64,000 nt of DNA from Ostrea edulis. Lineage: Eukaryota. This document shows positions 14,201 through 26,200 of this stretch, piece by piece (the first letter of the stretch is position 1; every line of letters starts with the position of its first letter). The stretch is taken from assembly GCF_947568905.1 (NCBI RefSeq), contig NC_079173.1, positions 42,222,001-42,286,000 on the forward strand. The letters run 5' to 3'. The translations under genes and the position numbers were made by a program. The notes below the pieces were generated by a model. It saw only the letters and a program-made list of their open reading frames with translations. It did not search any database and was not told the origin of the DNA.

Positions 14201-17200
14201 AAACATTTAAATGACTCCGCATCAAAATAGTAAAGCTCAAAACCGGACACTGAGACATCGGACATTCCGGTCTGGTGTAAAAAATGATGCGTCGGACCTG
14301 AGGCACTGCACATCGGTCAGGTCCGACGGTCCGATGTCTTTCGCATAGACTGTAATAGCTTCGCGGATTATAAAGCGTAAACTGACCCAAACCAGGTTAT
14401 ACTCGTATAACTTGCCCCAGAATTAAAGTCATTCCTTAATTAAAAAAGTAATCCATGTGACTATGAATGTTAGAGACATGTTATTTAAAACATTACTAGA
14501 TGTGATCTTTCTTGAGAATTTTTAGCGATTATTTATTCTGTATAGTCACTAGAGATTTTAAAGTATAATCCGCAGGCCGGGATTTTTTTAGTCTTGTTTC
14601 CTATATATTGATTATCATTGAAATTAAAATCTGCTCATCACACTACTGTCCTCAAGTAAAGGAAACAATGACAATGTAACAGCATTGATCTATAACCTTT
14701 ATTCCACTCTAAGTTGTAGGTTCCCGTGGGGATACGGGTTAGAATAGGTCCTCAGTACCCCTTACTTGTCGTAGAAGGCGTCTAAATGGGGCGGTCCTTC
14801 GGATGAGACCGCAAAAACCGAGGTCCCGTGTCACAGCAGGTGTGGCACGATAAAGATCCATCCCTGCTCAAAGGCCATAAGCGCCGAGCGTAGGCCGGGC
14901 TTTTGCAGCCCTTCACCGGCAGTGGTGACATCTCCATATGAGTGAAATATTCTCGAGAGGGACATTAAACAATATTTAATCAATCAGTCAAGTTGTAGGT
15001 CATGTCAAGGTCAAAGGTTAGGATGTGTGGAACTTGAGCACTTTGGGGACGTTCTAGTGACAAAGGTTAGGATGTGTGGAACTTGAGCACTTTGGGGACG
15101 TTCTAGTGACAAAGGTTAGGATGTGTGGAACTTGAGCACTTTGGGGACGTTCTAGTGACAAAGGTTAGGATGTGTGGAACTTGTTCTAGTGACCTACAAA
15201 TGCTTCGTGTTCTGTGATTTTCAAAGTTTCATTCTACATGTAAAAAAGCCGTAACGAATAAAAAAAAAAATAGCATAGCCATATGTGTGTATTAAAATAT
15301 ACTGCAGTCTTTGTTTTCATCAGTATATAATTAATATATTTGTTTCTACAGATATTTAATACATTTATATAGTGCAGTCCATGTTTTCATCTGACAGTAT
15401 AATATATTTATTCCAACAGATATTTGATACATTTATATAGTACAGTTCTTGTTTTCATCAGTATAATATGTTTATTTCTACAGATATTTAATACATTTAT
15501 ATAGTGCAGTCCATGTTTTCATCAGTATAATATGTTTATTCCTACAGATATTTGATACATTTATATAGTGCAGTCCATGTTTTCATCTGTATAATATTAT
15601 TTGTTTCTACAGATATTTGATACATTTATATAGTACAGTCCTTGTTTTCATCTGTATGATACATTTATTCCTACAAATATTTAATATATTTATATAGTGC
15701 AGTCCGTGTTTTCATCAGTATAAAATATTTGTTTCTACAGAAAAGCCATGTCCCTTACAGAGACAGCAAGCTAACGCGAATTCTCCAGGAGAGTTTGGGT
15801 GGAAACGCCCGGACAACGGTTGTCATTTGCTGCTCTCCTGCCTCGTTCAATGAATCGGAGACCAAGTCGACACTGCTGTTTGGTCAGCGGTAAGTATCGC
15901 TTTGTGTGTCTACTATCCATGACGAATGGAACCAAACATTCATTATACAGAGCTCCAGATAATTTTTTACCACAAGGAGTATTTACACCCTGATTTTCAA
16001 ATCAATGAGTATTTTACCTTTTCAGAAAAGGTCAAAAGAGTATTTTGTAATTTACTGATTATCTTTGCTGTTTTGCCACTAATACATAATCATGTGACTG
16101 GGTGTTTGCTATATTAATTTTCAATACCTCAATGATAAATTTAAAAATCCCAATGACAATGAATAGTTTTGATAAAAAGAACTACAAAGGATTTCCCACC
16201 ATAGATATACAAGTATCAAATAAATGTGTGACTCCCATTCTCACAAATGCTTTTAAATACTTATTAAAACAATGCTGCTGGAGCGGCCTATCAGTAAAAT
16301 CTTTAAGTCAAAGTTTGATAGAGGAAGTATTGTTTATCAGGTAATATTTTCTGTGCCATGTTTTTAGCAGCAATCATTCGTCCACAATTGATAATACAAG
16401 ATTTTATTTTCTGTGCTTTCAACTGCACACTACCTCTTTAAGAAAAAAGTATAACAAGTAGGACTATATAGTTGTTTTGAGTTAACTCTTCCAAACTTTC
16501 AAAATTGTGATTGTCATGGAAACGTATTTCATAGCGCTATTTCATGTATGATCAAACCCTGGGGTAACCTCAATTCATATGGATAGATAATTCGTATTTA
16601 TATTATACTACATGTATCACAAGTACTCACTACTTTGGGGGTGTAAAGCGTATTTAAATTTGCTAATGCATAATTTTACGCATGATTTTCAACTTAAAAG
16701 CTTTTTTTTGTCAAATTAAATGAGTATTTACGCTGATATGCACCTTATCTGGAGCTCTGTTTATAGTCATGCCGGATGGAGTCTCACATTTACTGTAAAA
16801 CCTTGATATGAGTCTCATATTTACAATAAACTCACAATAGAGTCTTACATTTACATTAAATCTCAGTAGAATCTCGCATTTACAGTAAAGCCTTGATATG
16901 AGTCTCATATTTACAGTGAAGTCTCAATAGAATCTCATATCTACAGTAAATCTCAACATGCTCGATAGTCTCACATTTACAGTAGCATCTCGATAGTCTC
17001 ACATTTACAGTAACATCTCGATAGTCTCACATTTACAGTAAACATCTCGATAGTCTCACATTTACAGTAACATCTCGATAGTCTCACATTTACAGTAACA
17101 TCTCGATAGTCTCACATTTACAGTAACATCTCGATAGTCTCACATTTACAGTAGCATCTCGATAGTCTCACATTTACAGTAACATCTCGATAGTCTCACA

Positions 17201-20200
17201 TTTACAGTAGCATCTCGATAGTCTCACATTTACAGTAACATCTCGATAGTCTCACATTTACAGTAGCATCTCGATAGTCTCACATTTACAGTAACATCTC
17301 GATAGTCTCACATTTACAGTAACATCTCGATAGTCTCACATTTACAGTAAAGTCTCGATAGTCTCACATTTACAGTAAAGTTTCAGTAGACTTACTTTTT
17401 CAGTGAAGTCTCAATAGAGTCTCGCATTTACAGTAAAAACTACACAGAAACTCACATTTACAGTAAAGTCTCAATAAAATCTCGCAATTACAGTGAAATC
17501 TTAACAGAGTCTCACATTTACAGTAAAAAATTTATAGAAACTCGTATTTATATTAAAATTGCTACAGTAAAGATTTCATAGAGTGTCAATTTATGTATAG
17601 CAGAGTCTCATGGATCTCGGATGAGTAAGTCACTTTTTGAATTGGTAATATACTGCCTTGGTTTGATAGTGCTAAGACGATTAAGAACATTGTCTCTGTG
17701 AATGAGGAGCTCACTGCTGAGGAATGGAAGAAGAGATACGAGAAAGAAAAAGAGAAGGCCGCCCGATACAAAGGACTACTAGAAAAGTGCCAAGCTGAAC
17801 TCCAAATGTGGAGAGCCGGTAAGTTTCCATGTTTCAACAACAAAACACAGGGTTGTACAGCCTAGTCTTGATCTGTATTGTGACCCAGGTGAGTGGTGTT
17901 ATATGAAGATGCAAGAAACAAATTTTCAAAGCATTTGGTTTGCACATATACTTCCTATAATGAATCTAATGTATATAATTAGTTGTGTCTTTCATATGAA
18001 TGATCGTGATATTATTATGGTGGGCAACAATTGATGATGAAAGAAACTTGATTTCTTTTCCCAGGATTATAAGTGTTTTTATTTTTCATAGATCAGAGTA
18101 ATCATTGATTTGATAGTTAAACTATGTGACACCAAATATAAACTTACAGTTTCTACCTGAGAGTTTTATTCCCTGCCCAAAATTCATGTTTGTTGCAAAA
18201 GCAGAAAGTGTTAACGTCACATCACATATACTTAGGGCTATTCCAGAAATGATCAAATGGGGGGGTTGGGCGGCAAACGATATTTTTTTGTATGGGTGGT
18301 CGTATTTTTTCATATTTTAATTGGTCCGTGGTTGGACTGTTAAAAAAATATTTATTATGGGTAGTGGGTAGTTTCTATTGTTTTTTAATTTTGTGCCACA
18401 TGGGTGTTGAGTTTTCAGAATATTTTTATTGTCACTCTTGTCGTGTTGGTTACAAAACGTCGGAGGGAAAATTGAGAACGTGCTTTCGAAATCGGAAGTA
18501 ACATAGAACTATTTGAGTTGTCGCTCTTTGCAGCGCATAACTTTCCATTACAGCACTCTTCAAATTAGAGGCGCGTTTAGTAGGGTCCCTTTGGACGTGA
18601 TGGCGGCGAACTCTGTTCTGTAGATTATTACAGTTTACAGTGCATCGATTTTGGGAATATTTTGAAACCAATAGGTATTCTGTTTTCTAATAAAAATAGG
18701 CAAACCTTAGTTGATTTATACGAGGGTACCGATCCGTTATATTTATCAGTCGGTGTGATGGTGATATAGAGGCCTCTGGGCGCGGGCTCCATTAGAAGAC
18801 GAACGATTCGTGGAAAAACATATCCATATCCATTTCATGATAATAGCATCGTTTGGACTCCCAATCTTTCCAACATTCCCGCCATAGATGCCTTTGATTG
18901 TTGATGTGACATCGTTTCTTCAGAACTACTGTGATACAATGTCGCACAGGCATTACCGCGTCATTGACTAGAATGTTTGTCCCGAAAACCTCGCGAGATT
19001 TGTACCATTTTCATTTTCAAAAATATTTTTGTGATGGGTCTGGTTAGTTTTTTTTTTTTATTAGATGGGTCATTGTAAAATGAGTTGATTAATTTGATGG
19101 GTCATGGGGTAATTTTTTTTTTTTTTTTATGGGTGCTTGGTTTATACAAAAGGTGCCTCCCGACCCCCCCATGTATTTATTTCTGGAATAACCCTTATTA
19201 CAGTACTGGCATTATGTTGTTCATGTGTAGGTCAAGCCGTGTCGGTGGATGAACAAGTGGACATGAAAGCCAGCACCGCCTCGCTACAGGAAGAGGAGAA
19301 ACCACCACAGCCAGCCATGACAGCCAGCGTCAGTTCCACAGTCGACGAAAACACCAAGGCGCAGTTTGAGGAGGAGAAACTGAAGCTGTATGCACAGCTG
19401 GATGACAAGGTCAGTTGTTAATGCCCTGGATGATTGTGGTCACACTTCTCTATATAATAAGACATGTATGGTTAAGATGGTAACGTGTCTGTAGATAATA
19501 CTTGTCAATGGGTGATGAAGTAGGACGTGTATGGATGATAGGGTAACGTGTCTGTAAATTATACGATAAGAGCTAGGCCTATTTTCTATCTATCATGTAG
19601 GGCTGAAACGACACGCCCCCTTCAAGATACGATACATGTTGCAATACTTATGCCACGATTCAATACTTTCAATATGATACATTTTATAGAAGAAATATTT
19701 AATTACCAAGATTCACAATCATAATTTTAAAAGCGAAATGTTTCCAAACTGCTGAACAGTAAGATGTCTATTGGCTTTGTTGTTTAAACTGTTAAAGTTC
19801 TTTATTATTTTCATCAGACTCATGGCTAACAACAGTCTGATCGTTATTTGATGCTATTTTGTCCCTCGTGCAAATAAAAATAATAAGTACAGACCGAGTA
19901 TTTTACTGATGTATTTTACTGAACCTGTTTGTAATATACATGTACGTATCAAACTGAAAATCAAGGCAATGAATTGAACATTGAATCGAGCGTTTATATT
20001 GAACAGTATTGATATTTCGGTGAATCGTTTCAAACCTACTATTATGGAGATAGACCTAGTTGTATTCTAGTTGCTGTCTATGATGGAGATGGATTTAGTT
20101 GCCTATAATGGGGAGGGGACGTGATGCTGTTGATGATTAGAAAGGGACCTTGTCATTGTCTATGATAAGAGAGGGACCCTGATTTGCCATTGAGGAACTA

Positions 20201-23200
20201 TTCTTTCATTTCATTGATAAGAACTCAAATTATTTTTCCCAATGATTGAACAATAATGTTCCGCACAATAAGAAATAAAGTCGCAGTTGCTTTGTTAAGA
20301 TTTTGGTTTTGTTATAAAACTCTAGTACAGCACACTTTCATTTTGTGTTCTTGTTTTTCAGGATGAGGAAATAAACGAGCTATCACAGATGATAGAGAGA
20401 TTGAAGGAACAAATGCTGGAGCAGGAGGAGCTGATTACGATGGGGAAGCGAGATTACGAGAACATGCAGCAGGACATGGCTCGGATACAGGCGGACAACG
20501 ACTCCGCCAAGGATGAGGTAACGTTTCCTCTCCTAGCAAACAAACATTTCCTCTCTCAGCAAACAAACATTTCCTCTCTCAGCAAACAAACATTTCCTCT
20601 CCTTGTAAACAAACATTTCCTCTCTCAGCAAACAAACATTTCCTCTTGTAGTAAACAAACCAAACAAACATTTCCTCTTGTAGCAAACAAACATTTCCTC
20701 TCCTAGCAAACAAACATTTCCTCTCTCAGCAAACAAACATTTCCTCTCTCAGCAAACAAACATTTCCTCTTGTAGCAAACAAACTTTTCCTCTCTCAGCA
20801 AACAAACATTTCCCCTCCTATAGAACAAACATTTCCTCTTGTAGTGTTCAAACAAGCATTTCTTTTCCTAGAGAACAAACAATTATCTTCTAATTAATAA
20901 ACATTTCCTTTTGTAGTGAACAAACATTTCCTCTCCTAGCCAAGAAGCATTTCCTCTCCTAGCAAACAAACATTTCCTCTCCAAGGGAACAAACATTTCC
21001 TCTCCTAGCATACAAACATTTCTTTGTGAACTACATTTCCTCTCATAGTGAACAAATATATCCTCTCTCAGCAAGCAAACATTTCCTTTAACAGCCAACA
21101 GACATTTTCTCTCTCAGCAAACAAGTATTTCCACTCCTATTGAACAAAGATTTCCTCGTGTAGTGTTCAAACAAGAATTTCCTCTCCTAGCGAAGAAACT
21201 TTTCCTCTTCTAATAAACAAACATTTCCTCTTCTAGTGAACAAACATAAATTTTCTTGTAGTGAACAAACATTTCCTCTCTCAGCCAAGTGAGATAACAT
21301 ATTCTCTCCTAGTCAAAAAACATTTCCTTTCCTAGTCAACAAACACTAATCCTCTCACCCTGAACAAACATTTATTCTGTGAAGGCAAATTGTATTCATG
21401 CACAGGTTGAGAAGGGGTTTAATTTTCCAATTCTTTTAAGAGAGACATGAATTATCCTGACAATGGGGCTGTGCAGTGGTTATGATATTCTCTTTAATGC
21501 CTCTGGGATTCAATGCTCTGATAGTGGAAGGTTGTAACGAACATGGGAGTGTGGAGAAGGGGGGTAGGGGGCTGTTTCGTGTCATAGTTGGGAGATTGTG
21601 TCCCACATAAAAGACCCCTTTACTTTCATATCCAGTGAGAGACATTGAAAGGAATTTTTATGCCGGCAGTACAGTAAAACACATGTACAGTGGAGTGCTG
21701 GGGATGAACGAGTCGTAATCTCATTAAATCCACTCTATGTTCTGTAACTACAGGGAATGAAAATCACTTCATTATAAGCATGAATTTATTATGAGCCTGT
21801 TTGCTGTAACTGTGTTTGACTGTAGACAAGATTTAGTTTGGGTTATCTATCACTCTGTCTTGAGGTCTCTATCTCACATAGTTCTACTCTGTCTTGAGGT
21901 CTCTATCTCACATAGTTCTACTCTGTCTTGAGGTCTCTATCTCACATAGTTCTACTCTGTCTTGAGGTCCCTATCTCACATAGTTCTACTTCTGTCTTGA
22001 GGTATCTATCTCACATAGTTCTACTCTGTCTTGAGGTCTCTGTCTCACATAGTTCTACTGTCTTGAGGTCTCTATCTCACATAGTTCTACTCTGTCTTGA
22101 GGTCTCTATCTCACATAGTTCTACTCTGTCTTGAGGTCTCTGTCTCACATAGTTCTACTGTCTTGAGGTCTCTATCTCACATAGTTCTACTCTGTCTTGA
22201 GGTCTCTGTCTCACATAGTTCTACTTCTGTCTTGAGGTCTCTATCTCACATAGTTCTACTCTGTCTTGAGGTCCCTATCTCACATAGTTCTACTGTCTTG
22301 AGGTCCCTATCTCACATAGTTCTACTCTGTCTTGAGGTCTCTGTCTCACATAGTTCTACTCTGTCTTGAGGTCCCTATCTCACATAGTTCTACTCTGTCT
22401 TGAGGTATCTATCTCACATAGTTCTACTCTGTCTTGAGGTCCCAATCTCACATAGTTCTACTGTCTTGAGGTCTCTATCTCACTTAGTTCTACTCTGTCT
22501 TGAGGTCCCAATCTCACATAGTTCTACTGTCTTGAGGTCTCTATCTCACTTAGTTCTACTCTGTCTTGAGGTCCCAATCTCACATAGTTCTACTGTCTTG
22601 AGGTCCCAATCTCACATAGTTCTACTCTGTCTTGAGGTCTCTATCTCACATATTTCTGGAGATAGAGACTTCATATTTGGTGAACTGAGAGTTGAAAGTC
22701 AATGCTGCATGATTAAGGTCATTTATCAAGGTCAGATTTGCATCCATCAGTGGCGGCAAGGCTTTGGAGGCTTAATGATATTTCTCAGTTTTACAGAGAG
22801 AATTTGACGCTGAAATTTTTTTTATCAGTATTTTTTTTTTTTTTTTGAAAACTAGGTTGAAGTTAAAGGAAAACTGTAAATGGGATGATTTAATGAAGTG
22901 CTGCGATTTGTTGATGTTCAATGATCTCTGTATTTATAGGTTAAGGAGGTCTTACAAGCCCTGGAGGAATTGGCTATGAATTACGATCAGAAGTCACAGG
23001 AAGTGGAGAACAAGAACAAAGAAAACGAGACCATTGTGGAAGAACTCAACCAGAAGCTGGTACATGTGCACCAAGACTTGTCAGATTTAATCCAACTGTA
23101 AAGCAGTCTGGTATCACATGACTGATGTAGATGTCTGGTATCACATGACTGATGTAGATGTGTAGTATCACATGACTGAGGCTATATTTAGATCTAAAAC

Positions 23201-26200
23201 TTCAAAGTTATTTCAGATTTCAAACATTTCGGTTGAGCATCACTGAAGAGACATTATTTGTCGAAATGCGCATCTGATGCATCAAAATTGGTACCGTATA
23301 AGTTTTACATTATGACTGATGTAGATGTCTGGTATCACATGACTGACGTAGATGTCTGGTATCACATGACTGATGAGGTTTTTACGTTGGCTAAGTGTTA
23401 GACTGAGTGTATTTGGTGGTTACTTTTTGATGCCATATTTGAAGACGTTTCACACATCTTTATACGCAGAACAAATTGAACAAGGTTTAGGAGTTTGTTG
23501 TAGATTTTATCATGTTTATCTTTATTGAATTGATTTGTTTGGTATTAAGGAGAAATTCAGGGAAATTTTGACTATTTACAGAGCGAGCTGGAGAATATTA
23601 AGGCTGAGTTCGAGAAGATGAAGGACTCGTCTCTTCATCAGAGGAAGAAGATGACAGAGGTCATGGGCAGTCTGATGAAAGATATGTCAGAGATAGGGAG
23701 CATTGTGGGAGGAACCGCTAACGAATTCAAGGTATGGATTTGTCATAGGGGAAATAGATAGTTTAACAATTCAGTGTGAGGACTATAGATATCCAGCGGA
23801 GGTGAAATATCTTTCTTTATACTGGTCTTCTGTTTAGTTTCCCTTGTTCTCTTTTCAGTTTAGCGGAGTTACTACAGACAAAATGGAGGAGGATTACACA
23901 GTGGCCCGCATTTACATCACCAAGATAAAGAGTGACATTAAGACTATAGTATCGCGGTCGCAGCAGCTAGAAGTGACCGAGACTGAGGTCAAGGAGAAGC
24001 TTGGCCACGCCGTGAAAGATCTCAGTGACTGCAAGCTGACCATACAACAGGTATATCGACTGGGTAGTTTACAATTTAACAAGCTGACCATACAACAGTT
24101 ATATTGACTGGGTAGTTTACAACCTGACAAGCTGACATACCACAGTTATATTGACTAGTTTACAATCTGACAAGCTGACTATACAACAGTTATTTATATT
24201 GACTGGGTAGTTTACAACCTGACCATACCACAGTTATATTGACTGTGTAGTTTACAACCTGACAAGCTGACTATATAACAGTTATATTGACTGGGTAGTT
24301 TACAATCTGACAAGCTGACCATACAACAGTTATATTGACTGGGTAGCTTACAATCTGACAAGCTGACTATACAACAGTTATATTGACTGGGTAGTTTACA
24401 ATCTGACAAACTGACCATACAACAGTTATATTGACTGGGTAGCTTACAATCTAACAAGCTGACTATACAACAGTTATATTGACTGGGTAGTTTACAATCT
24501 GACAAGCTGACCATACAACAGTTATATTGACTGGGTAGCTTACATGCTGACTATACAACAGTTATATTGACTGGGTAGCTTACATGCTGACTATACAACA
24601 GTTATATTGACTGGGTAGTTTACCATTTAACAAGCTGACTATACAACAGTTATTTATATTGACTGTGTAGTTTACAATCTGACAAGCTGACTATACAACA
24701 GTTATATCAACTGGGTAGTTTACAATCTGACAAGCTGACCATACAACAGTTATATTAACTGGGTAGCTTACAATCTGACAAGCTGACTATACAACAGTTA
24801 TATTGACTGGGTAGCTTACATGCTGACTATACAACAGTTATATTGACTGGGTAGTTTACCATTTAACAAGCTGACTATACAACAGTTATTTATATTGACT
24901 GTGTAGTTTACAATCTGACAAGCTGATTATACAACAGTTATATCAACTGGGTAGTTTACCATTTAACAAGCTGACTATACAACAGTTATTTATATTGACT
25001 GTGTAGTTTACAATTTAACAAGCTGACCATACAACAGTTATATCGACTGGGTAGTTTACAATCTGACTATACAACAGTTATATCGACTGGGTAGTTTACA
25101 ATTTAACAAGCTGACCATACAACAGTTATATTGACTGGGTAGCTTACAATCTAACAAGCTGACCATACAACAGTTATATTGACTTGAGTAGCTTACAATC
25201 TGACAAGCTGACCATACCACAGTTATATCGACTGGGTAGCTTACAATCTAATAAGCTGACCATACCACAGTTATATTGACTGTGTAGTTTACAATCTAAT
25301 AAGCTGACTATACAACAGTTATATTGACTGTGTAGTTTACAATCTAATAAGCTGACCATACCACAGTTATATCGACTGGGTAGCTTACAATCTAACAAGC
25401 TGACCACGCAACAGTTATATTGACTGGGTAGCTTACATGCTGACCATACAACAGTTATATTGACTGGGTATCTTACAATCTGACAATCTCTGTAGTAATG
25501 TGCAGTTTGTTTGTTCGACATTGGTCAAACCAATGCCTCTCTTATCAATGGGGTTGCTATTCAGCTGTGCCATATGACGACAATTGTTGGTTCAAATATA
25601 AATAGATTGTTGGGTTGACATAAATAAATGAAGGGACAAGATAAAAATCGATGTCGTACTAAAAACTAAAGACCCCCCTCCCCCTCCCTCCCCCCCCCCC
25701 CCCCCTTCTTTTAAAATCTAAATATGATTGTTGATTCCCCCCTCCCCAAATAAAGGAGCATATTGGTTTGCACCTGTGGGTTAGTAGAGGAAATATCTGC
25801 TCCGTGTGAGATAAGAACCCCTTTGCTTGACAGACATCAAACTTGTAATACTGGTTTTCTCTATAAAGTAGATTACACCTACTGATTTTGAGGACATACA
25901 GTCTTATGGAAGATATTGTCTGCAAACAGTCAAGGGTCAATATACTTTAGACAGGAGAAGATTTTGTCCTCACAGTCTAGGGTCACTCTACTTTAGACAA
26001 AGGAAGATATTGTCTGCGCAATGTCTGAAGAACCCTTTGCTACACTAGTTCTATCTAAGGTTTAGATGACCTCTGTTAATTCTTAGGCAGGTCAAGGGTC
26101 AAACTGGACATGGTAAGTTATTGTTTGCTCAGTATCTTGAGAACCCTTTCTTGACAGACATCAATATTGATACACTGGTTCTGCCTAAGAAGTAGATGTT

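Noticed and set aside
14722-14800. Canonical HDV-like ribozyme fold for the SINE head
   Set aside because: By hand I could not build the nested double pseudoknot (no room for P2/P3/L3, no P1.1); kept only as a structured head.
16960-17370. Regular 28-48 bp arrays as CRISPR-like loci
   Set aside because: Head-to-tail repeats without unique spacers, no cas genes, and eukaryotic intronic context.
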